From Thermodesulfobacteriota bacterium (lineage in GTDB: Bacteria > Desulfobacterota > S145-22): DNA of 37,378 nt. Below are positions 26,939 to 35,100 of the stretch, in pieces. The stretch is from contig JANTFN010000002.1 in NCBI GenBank assembly GCA_024763435.1, positions 1-37,378 of the forward strand. Direction: 5' to 3'. The position numbers and the translations under genes were made by a program. Position 1 is the stretch's first letter. Each line of letters opens with the position of its first letter. A model generated the notes under the pieces. It had not been told where the DNA came from and made no database searches. It saw nothing but the letters and a program-made list of their open reading frames with translations.

Positions 26939-27733
26939 CTAAAGTTTCGCGTTTCTCCTCTCAACCAGCTTCTCCCCGACGGGATTCCAATAGGTCTTTG
27001 TTAACTGTTTCTTATGTGAGATAATCCATGCCAAGGCCTCTTTGAGGATTTCAACGACCTCCGGTGTTGTTTCTTTGAGCGCAACATAATCCCTGAACAC
27101 GTTCCTCGCGGGGACACTGTTATCTGTCGTAAATTCCTTTCTCTCGGTAAACATTCCAAATCCCAGAAAGAATTTTCCTGTCTTCATATCCCGGAGGCAC
27201 AGGATTCCCCCCATCTCGTCGTTTTTCCCCTCAACGGTCATGTCAATCAGGGACCGCACCAGAGAGGGCGGCAGAAATTTACGCAAAATATCTCGTTTTT
27301 TCCAGAAATTATACGTGACCCAGAAGCACCGTCTCGGGATATTGATCCCGAGTTTGGCATATTTCACATGAAGCCCTGTCCTTGTCTCAATTTTCCCGCG
27401 GTGATGATCAAAATCGTCAAACGCACGAAATCCCATGTTTTTGAGAATTTTTAGGGTATTGTCACGCTTAAAAACAGGGAAGAAGTCTTCCGGATTTTTC
27501 CGCATGCCCGCAGTGAGCGGTAACCCGCCCGCAACTCTGCCGGCTGCTACTTTTTCAAGAGGCGCTTTTGGCTTCTCCTGTGCTATAACCATCCTGACGC
27601 CAGTTAAAGCAACCAGAAAGGATACAAAAAACACGATTCCCAGGCACCGTGCTAATAAGTATTGAAGGTGTCGCGTCTGATGCAAACAAAAATATTTCAA
27701 GGCCTTTCCCCCCTTTACAGATAATTCCTCCAA
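26939..27733 (-). CDS. Hypothetical exported or membrane-anchored protein (about 253-264 aa)
   Basis: It has the same orientation as the two giant genes and lies directly downstream of them. The tracked start at 27733 is TTG. A second TTG at 27700, preceded by GGGGGGAAAGG, would give MKYFCLHQTRHLQYLLARCLGIVFFVSFLVALTGVRMVIAQE, which looks like a signal peptide. I recognised no family. Confidence 0.55.
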   Translation of the reverse strand: MEELSVKGGKALKYFCLHQTRHLQYLLARCLGIVFFVSFLVALTGVRMVIAQEKPKAPLEKVAAGRVAGGLPLTAGMRKNPEDFFPVFKRDNTLKILKNMGFRAFDDFDHHRGKIETRTGLHVKYAKLGINIPRRCFWVTYNFWKKRDILRKFLPPSLVRSLIDMTVEGKNDEMGGILCLRDMKTGKFFLGFGMFTERKEFTTDNSVPARNVFRDYVALKETTPEVVEILKEALAWIISHKKQLTKTYWNPVGEKLVERRNAKL

Positions 27734-28004
27734 GCCTTAATTCAATATCAGATTTAAAGGGCGTTGTAAAAACCTTACAGGTCATAGTTGTGGAGGATTT
27801 CCCAACTGTTCAGAAGGTCTGGTGGCTTCACCAGTTTGCGGATCTACCTTAAACCTCCCCGATATATTATTTGTTTTCCAAGGGCAAAATTTCCTCCCTT
27901 CTTTTATTTTGAAGATCACGCTGTAATTATATTTTTTAGCTTTTGTTAAATTCCTGGATAGCGCCCTCAGGATGCCAGTAAGGCCCCCACACGGGACTGC
28001 CCTC

Positions 28005-31000
28005 CTAATTTCCTACTGTTACCTTTCCAGAAGCCAGGAGGACCATTTCATTCCCCTTTTTCAGCCACAGGTGATAGGTGGTGACATCTCCCCGGGAGAC
28101 TCTGAAATACACTACCTGATCAATACTGTATTCGTCTCGGCGGAGGCTGATGCTTCCCGGGAACAACGTAGGAATGTCATAGGTGAAAGTCTTCTCCTGT
28201 GTCCCCTGTTCCAAGGCCAGAATGGCCCTGACCGTTGGGGTTACGAAAGAGGAAGAATTGCTTTTATTCCAGATCAGGAATTTAAATTGCAGCCCTGCCC
28301 AGAAGAGCCCCGTAGGTCTCCCCCCGGAATAAATTTTTTTGGTCAGGTCTGTTACCCCGAAACTCGTTTTTAACCAATTATTGTTCGTTGCCGCATTTGA
28401 AGCAGAAGGTGAAGACAATATGCCCGCAACTGTGTTGTTCTTATAACACAATTCCTTGATAGTCCTTTTCGGGTCGATGGTTGCGATATACAATTCACCA
28501 CCATGAATGGGTACTGGAAGCTCTGATCCCTTTATCGACCGGCTGGTTATATTGCCGACATCTAAAGCGCCCACAGGGATTGGTGGTGTCACGAGGTAAT
28601 GGCCCTCTTTGTGCCAGGGGGAATAATTTTTAGACAAAATAATATATTTCGGCTTGTATTTAAATACAAGGCTGGTACGTGGGGATTTATGATCCCCGCT
28701 ATTCTTGATTGTAAAAACCAGTCCGCTGCCCTCTTGCCGGCACGTTACACGTAGATCGGAGTAAGGTGATACATGATACAACATTCTGCCCCTATAATAA
28801 TTGTCGTTTTCATTAGATTCATCAATCACGTTTGAGGGATCGATCGCCACATGTACCCCCAGAGCAGTAATTTGAACCTTACATGTAAATTCTTTGTATA
28901 GGGTTCGCTGGTCCAGCATTGGGGCCAAAAGCTTACTATCAAAAGCTATCTTTTTTTTCCCTTCAAGAACTATAAATTGCAGACGAAAAGGTTTGGACTG
29001 ATAGGCCCCGGTATTTTCGATGATGGTTTGAATCCGGATCTGGTAAGGCTTTTGACAATCTCCGGAAAGCGCATTGGAAATAGAAACAGTCTTGAGTTTC
29101 AGGTTCGGTTTTGTGTCGGAGGTGATCGAAAACAGGTCGCTGATGCCCCTGCCGTCCGTCCCCTGCACTTTCACGCGGTAGGCGCCGGAGGTCAGATTGC
29201 TGCCAATCGTATAGTCTAGGGAACATTGTGTTGTATTGTCCACTATTTGAATGGGGGCATCGGGATGGTCTTTGGGTATCAGTGTGACGGTGAACGGTCC
29301 CGCGACCTGTCCCGCCCAGGCGATCTGGTAGGTTTTCCCTACTGCCCAGATCTTATTTTTATCCGGTGAAAGGATGGTGATTGGTTTGCCGGTAGGGGGA
29401 AGGGGCTTTTTACCAGCCAAGGTTTCAATAGCACCGCGGGGGATTTCCGTGTTTTTTGCAACGATTATCGTCTTTTTGTAAGCAACTTGGCCAGTGTCAG
29501 GCAGGAAATGGCCTTGTTTGTATACCGGAGTAACAACCTTAAACTGAAATGTTCCGGCGTTGGTGATTTTTCCATCCAGTACCAAGTCGAATGTTTCCCC
29601 CGGATAAAGTTCAGGAACGTCAAAACTATTGACGCCCGATTCGAAAATGAACGGGTGAATGCGCACGCTTACGGGTGGGAGAATGGCACGCGTTGAGGTT
29701 TGGTTCTGGAAACGAACTGTGAAGGAAACATTCCGGCCGGCAATGAGATGATCCAGCCCCATTACGCCGGTAACAACCAGCCGGGCATCGGGGCCATGGG
29801 TGCTGGAGGTGCTATGCGCCGATCCAGCTGCGTAGACCTGTAATGTATCGGCAATACGGTTATTATCTTCACGCATTTCATGAATGTGGTCGTGCGGATC
29901 CACAATGACAAGATACTCCTCTCTGCCGGTTGCGCCTTGCCATCTCTTATTGTAGTCATGGGTCCAGACCTCTCCAGGGGCAAGCCTTGGAATATTGTAT
30001 ATCGAATGAACATCATCAAAAACATTTGCAGTCCAGATGTAAAATTCGGCTGTCGTTTCAGGGGCATCGGTAACCCCGATGTTTTTAACCCTGATATGGA
30101 AATGACTTGTACCGACCGAGGCATGATCCCCTACTTTGTTAACAGTTGCCAGGAGATCCGGCAGGGGGCTGACGCCAAAAATGAAAGTCTTTTCACTTTT
30201 CGAAAGATCTTGGGTGGCAAGGGGGTAGTGATGATTGGCATCAGGCTCAAAAACCGCCCGGTATATCCCATAAAACGGCGGGGTAAAGGTAATGCCACAG
30301 GGGAATCCGGGCCCGTCATGCAGCATTGTAGCGGCACTGAACCGCTTTTCAGCGTAGAATCCACCAGGTCCATGGATGGCCACCTTGTGCCACATGGGCT
30401 CAAGCGCGTCGCAACCCGTATTGGTAATAAGCCCCCTTACCGTAACAGATTTTCCGATATACCGTGGCTTTGGACTGGCGGTCTCCTGTTTAACATGCAA
30501 ACGAACATGATCAATATAAAATGAGATTAAGAATGCATGAGTACCCCACTTTTTTACAATCCTTAATTCCAGATGGTATCGCCCCGTTGGGAGGTTTGCC
30601 ACATTCCAGGTATAGCTGCGAATGGAAGGATCCATGCCCCGGGCGATAATCAAATCGGGCATGTTCGGAGGGCCTTCAATGCAGCTTAAATAAAGCCAGA
30701 GCCGAGCATCCGGCCCCGGGTCGGGCATGGTCCAGGCGATGGTATAAGGCTTGTTGGGAGCGATTATTTCATTCTGTTGAGGGTGTGTAAAGGTTCCAAC
30801 CTGAGCGTCGTAGGTTGCTATCTTCACCGGCTTATGAATGTGGATGGGTTTGGCCTTTGAAAGGTTTTCCAGGACATTCGAATTAGGTGTCATCTCACCC
30901 GATGGTTGCGCTTTCGAAACACGCGCGGCGTTTTTGGCCAAGGTAGCCTGTCCGGCGTTAAATTTAACCTTTGGCGGATTGAAATAATGGGTCTTGGTAA

Positions 31001-31916
31001 AGAACCGTTCCTTCGGAGTAAAGGCAGCAAAATTGTGGAAGGAAGCGCCGCCAATCCCCTTGATCCGAAGTGTGTTGTAGCCCCTGGCCATCTGGAAAAA
31101 ACCCTCAATACGGTCTGTCTCGCCCGGCTTCAGTGCCCGAACCCTGAAAATATTCCGTTTCCGGGTCCCGTCCGCCCGATGAACCTGCACCTTGAATTCC
31201 CTCGCTGGCGTGACCTTTTCACCTATATTCTTAAGCGTGATGGCCACCCATGTCTTATCCGGCTTCCTGCCCCTGAAATCATCAAAGATGACCTTCTGGA
31301 CCACAAGCCTCCCCCGCCCCTTTGAGGCCTGGGCCTTTGACCCCCTGCGGGCGCCCTCTGCAACCTCTCCCCCGGGATTGGCAAGGGCCTGGGCAGGCTT
31401 CGCCAGTAAAAAATAACCCTTCTCCAGCCGATTGCCATGCCTATTGGCATCGTTGACGGAAACCTCCAGGGTATTATGGCCCGGCTTAACAGAGAACGTC
31501 CAGGTCAGTTCCTTTCTGGCACCAGCCTTCAAGGCTTGGACGGACCAGCTGTGCTTATCCCTGCTTCTATCTCCCCGGGTCAAAAGTGCCGATGCAGTCG
31601 TGGCCTTGGATTTCGCCTTACCCTCATTCTTGATGGTAACGGTCGTTTCAATCCGCCCTTTCCCTTTACTGGCGAACGTAATACCTGCCACCACAAGGTC
31701 AGGAAACGCAGCATGGGATAGGGTCTCGGCAGAAGGTTTGCCCGGAATGGCGCGAAATTTTCCCGAACCGGAGTGCCCGGGCATGTGTGTCAAGGGAGGA
31801 TTACCCGCCGCTAAGATGCCGGGCAACATGACCAAGAAAAACACTGCCAAGAAAAACACCAATCCCTTTAGACATATTCTGGAATAACCAGGGAAATAAA
31901 ACCGTAAAGCTTTCAT
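28005..31916 (-). CDS. Giant secreted protein A with multiple CARDB-like Ig-fold domains (1303 aa)
   Basis: AGGAGG ribosome-binding site and ATG start. Signal peptide ending ILAAG. Repeated modules begin with PDL-type strands (FPDLVVAGITF, LPDLLATVNKV, YSDLRVTC) and end with acidic/Asn CARDB-like tails (VDPHDHIHEMREDNN, IDPSNVIDESNENDN, IDPKRTIKELCYKNN). Two small beta domains of the form ITILSPDKNKIWAVGKTYQIAW...GAYRVKV are also present. Confidence 0.85.
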   Translation of the reverse strand: MKALRFYFPGYSRICLKGLVFFLAVFFLVMLPGILAAGNPPLTHMPGHSGSGKFRAIPGKPSAETLSHAAFPDLVVAGITFASKGKGRIETTVTIKNEGKAKSKATTASALLTRGDRSRDKHSWSVQALKAGARKELTWTFSVKPGHNTLEVSVNDANRHGNRLEKGYFLLAKPAQALANPGGEVAEGARRGSKAQASKGRGRLVVQKVIFDDFRGRKPDKTWVAITLKNIGEKVTPAREFKVQVHRADGTRKRNIFRVRALKPGETDRIEGFFQMARGYNTLRIKGIGGASFHNFAAFTPKERFFTKTHYFNPPKVKFNAGQATLAKNAARVSKAQPSGEMTPNSNVLENLSKAKPIHIHKPVKIATYDAQVGTFTHPQQNEIIAPNKPYTIAWTMPDPGPDARLWLYLSCIEGPPNMPDLIIARGMDPSIRSYTWNVANLPTGRYHLELRIVKKWGTHAFLISFYIDHVRLHVKQETASPKPRYIGKSVTVRGLITNTGCDALEPMWHKVAIHGPGGFYAEKRFSAATMLHDGPGFPCGITFTPPFYGIYRAVFEPDANHHYPLATQDLSKSEKTFIFGVSPLPDLLATVNKVGDHASVGTSHFHIRVKNIGVTDAPETTAEFYIWTANVFDDVHSIYNIPRLAPGEVWTHDYNKRWQGATGREEYLVIVDPHDHIHEMREDNNRIADTLQVYAAGSAHSTSSTHGPDARLVVTGVMGLDHLIAGRNVSFTVRFQNQTSTRAILPPVSVRIHPFIFESGVNSFDVPELYPGETFDLVLDGKITNAGTFQFKVVTPVYKQGHFLPDTGQVAYKKTIIVAKNTEIPRGAIETLAGKKPLPPTGKPITILSPDKNKIWAVGKTYQIAWAGQVAGPFTVTLIPKDHPDAPIQIVDNTTQCSLDYTIGSNLTSGAYRVKVQGTDGRGISDLFSITSDTKPNLKLKTVSISNALSGDCQKPYQIRIQTIIENTGAYQSKPFRLQFIVLEGKKKIAFDSKLLAPMLDQRTLYKEFTCKVQITALGVHVAIDPSNVIDESNENDNYYRGRMLYHVSPYSDLRVTCRQEGSGLVFTIKNSGDHKSPRTSLVFKYKPKYIILSKNYSPWHKEGHYLVTPPIPVGALDVGNITSRSIKGSELPVPIHGGELYIATIDPKRTIKELCYKNNTVAGILSSPSASNAATNNNWLKTSFGVTDLTKKIYSGGRPTGLFWAGLQFKFLIWNKSNSSSFVTPTVRAILALEQGTQEKTFTYDIPTLFPGSISLRRDEYSIDQVVYFRVSRGDVTTYHLWLKKGNEMVLLASGKVTVGN

Positions 31917-31974
31917 GATAATGCCTCCTAGGGTTCATGAAAAAAATTGATATTTGAAATCATCGGTTATTGTG

Positions 31975-32038
31975 CCTTCTTTTTATAAGTAAGTAACGAT
32001 TCAAGCAAAAAAGTTCACCGGTAAAGGAAATTTTTTTC
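31975..32038 (-). promoter_or_regulatory. Conserved upstream block of giant gene A (putative promoter/operator)
   Basis: It begins 58 nt upstream of the ATG at 31916. It shares acttacttat, a 14-nt perfect gtgaacttttttgc and an A/T tract with the block upstream of gene B. On the minus strand, a candidate -35 TTTTGC (32010-32005) is followed by a 17-nt spacer and a -10 TATAAA (31987-31982). Confidence 0.45.
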
Positions 32039-32066
32039 AGGATGAATTTATTTTCGAATTCGAAGC

Positions 32067-32092
32067 AAAAGGGAGGAAGCACAACTTCCCCC
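32067..32092 (-). terminator. Weak candidate intrinsic terminator between giant genes B and A
   Basis: The minus-strand RNA reads GGGGGAAG-uugug-CUUCCUCC (8 bp including one G-U) followed by CUUUUG. The T-tract is only 4 nt. Confidence 0.3.
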
Positions 32093-32169
32093 TAAATCTT
32101 GATAGCCCTGGAATTTCAATACCGCAAGGACTCATGACCAGCCCGTTCTCCCTTTCAGTTTTCCCAGTT

Positions 32170-35100
32170 TTACCCACATGTGTCATCCGTCACGGTTAGT
32201 TTTATCTTCCCAGAGGTCAACGGGACCATGTTATGCCCTTCTGGCCCATTCTTCAGGAACAGCGTGTAGGAGACATCTCCCTGCGAGGCCATGAAGGGCA
32301 CGGCTCTGCTTATCCGATATTCGTCCCGGCGCGAGGAGCGGCTAACAAAAAAGAGCGGCGGGACGTCATAGGTAAAGGTTTTGTCGCGATTTCTCTGTTT
32401 CAGGTAGAGCACTGCCTGGATGGGCGGATCTTCGGGTGTCACGACGAGCTCGCTCCTATTCCAGAGGACAAATCCGAAATGTAGGAGAATCCGGGGGTGG
32501 GTCTGAATATCCGCACGGCTCACCGTGGTATCATTTTGGCAATGAACCTCGACACCAAAGGCCGTCTTCCACCAGCCTTGAGGGACCCTCGACCGGGAAT
32601 TAGCAGACAGTGCACCCACGACCGTGTTGTTGTCAAGGCACAGCTCCTTAAAATCCCGATTCGGATTGACGGTGGCGACATACGTGTCGCTGCTGTGGAT
32701 GTGAAACGAGACAAAGGAAGGGCCGTCAACTTTCAGCGTTTTCCCGGCACCGATGCTTTTTACCGCGATAGGAGGCGCGACCATATAATCTCCGTCCCGA
32801 TGCCATCCCGGAAGAGGAAGATCCAAACTGTTGTGCAGTTTGAGTTTGAGCTTGATGGTGGTGGCACCCGAGATGCCGTCGCCGGTATTTTTCACCGTGA
32901 ACTTAAGTTTTCGGCCTGCCTGTTGACACGACAAGCGCAGGTCGGGATAGGGTTTAACGCGATACCTGCCATTGATAACGGTATTGTCGTTTTCATTCGA
33001 CTCATCCACCTTGCAATAAGCATCTGCATAAAGTTTCAACGTGTAAACCCCTCCCTTAGAAACATTTATTCGAATCCGCCCGGAACAGGTTCGACGATCC
33101 AGCATCGGCTCCAATTGAACCCCCGCCTTTTCAAGAAAAGACCCCGCTTCTTTACCCGTACACTCCAACAAGACGTTAAAGGGCTTTGTCTGGTATCCTC
33201 CCTTGTTTTCAAGGATAAACCGAACTTCAATGGTGTAAGGTTTCTGAGAAAATCCTGAAAGCTTGTTCGTGATGGAAACGGCCTTGAAGGTCAGATTTGG
33301 CTTGGAATTGCTGGTGATGGCAAAAAAGTCGCTGATTCCCCAGCCGTTTTCACTCTGCACCTTAACCCGATAGAGGCCGCTTTTAAGCTGTCTATTGACC
33401 GTGTAGTCAGTGGCATAGGTCGTAATATTCTCCGCGATCTGAACGGGGGTATTGGGGTGATCTTTAGGGATGAGCATAACGGTAAAGGGCCCCGTAGCCT
33501 CCCCCGTCCAGGCCACCTGATAGAGTTTATGAATTGCCCAAATTTTATTTTTCGAGGGAGACAGGATGGTAATGGACTTGATGGATCTGTCAGATTTGCC
33601 GGGATACGGCCTGGGATTCTTTGAGGCCAAGGCCTCCTGAACGGCGCGCTCTTGATTGCCGCTCTCTCGCACGATGATCGGACGTTCAAAAAGTGTCTGC
33701 CACTGCCCACTGCTGCAGTGCTTCCCTTTAGGAACGTTAATAGCTATCTTGAAAACATGCGTGCCAGTGGAATCCAGTCTAAATGAATCTCCCTGCTCGC
33801 CGCTGTAATAATCATCCGTCTCATCGGGATAAAGAGAAGTGCGATTTATGGGAAAATAATTTTCATGATAGATGGTATTGCCAATCATAATACGAAGGCG
33901 GTTAAGGCACCTGCCCCCCAACGGAACGCGGTCCGGGGAAACGCACTTGAAATGTACCAGAAAAGAGAGCGCGGTCCCGGGTGGAATCGGTGACGTGGGC
34001 AGGCCGTAAACCTTCGTGACCACCAGCCTGGGAGGAATCGGGGTATGCTTGGGCATGGGTTCACCGCCGCGATAGATGTGAAAACGATCGAAAATCCGAT
34101 TGTTGGCCTCATTGGCTTCCACGATCCTGTGCTCCGGATCCACGGTCACAGCATAGCGTTTTCGTCCGGTCCCGCCTGAATAGGACTGCCATTTTTTGGA
34201 AAAATCGTGTTTCCACAATGTCTTTCCATAACCAGAAACCCCAACGGGCTGTAGGGATGGCACGTCAAAGACTTTCCTATCCTGGTCGGTGAGGTCAAAA
34301 TACACCTTCGTGGGAGGGCTCGGAACAGTTCCCAGGTTTACGACCTTGATATGAAAATGCATCCTGCTGATCGCCAGGACGCCGTCCGGCACCTTATTGA
34401 TAAGAACCTTGAGGTCCGGCAGGCCTTGAACAGTGAAATTAAAAGTTCGGTTGATTTCGGGCGAGGCCTCTGTGGCCGGGATATATTTGTGCGTGATGTC
34501 CAATTCATAAACCGCCTTGTAGATACCCGGGAAGGGAGGCTTGAAAGAGAAATGGATGCGTCCCGATTTTCCGTGCGCCGGGGCAGCTATCTTGATGGAA
34601 CGGCTTTCAAGAACAAAATTTTTGGGGCCCGTGACCCTGACCTTTGCATAAAAGGGCTGGGAGCCACCCCCACCGGTGTTGACCACATCCGCGTACAGGG
34701 TGACCTCGTGATTGACAAACAGCCCGTTTGGGATCGCTGTCTTTCTGACGACGCCAAAATGCGGAGTATCGATTTTGATCTCCGTGGAGGCCAACAAACT
34801 CGCCGTATCCGCGTTGGTTTCATACAGCTGGAGGGTGTAGAGATGGCCAGCGGGAATGTTCCCGATGTCCCAGGGATAGCTGCGTGTGGCAGGGTCCAGC
34901 CCCCGCGCGAGGATCAGCTCCGGGAAATGTTTTGGGTTCGTGACCGACTTCAGATGGAGCTCCAGACGCGTGTCCGCGTCCGGCTGTGTATTGTTCCATG
35001 TCCAGCGAATAAAGCAGTGCTGGTTGGGGGGCAAAACAGCATGTGGCTGTGGCTCCAGAAAGCGGGTTATCTCCCCGCCATAGGTCGATGTCCCCACCTG

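Noticed and set aside
26695-26964. An 89-aa minus-strand ORF in the AT-rich spacer between the 264-aa gene and the HDOD kinase gene
   Set aside because: It overlaps the 3' end of the 264-aa gene, has no ribosome-binding site or motif, and lies in what looks like a promoter or intergenic region.
32003-32022. Possible sigma54 (-24/-12) promoter in the conserved block (CCGGTGAACTTTTTTGCTT)
   Set aside because: The GG-to-GC spacing is 11 nt, not 10, and the upstream GG is missing from the gene B copy (TGTGAAC). The element is therefore not a conserved sigma54 site.
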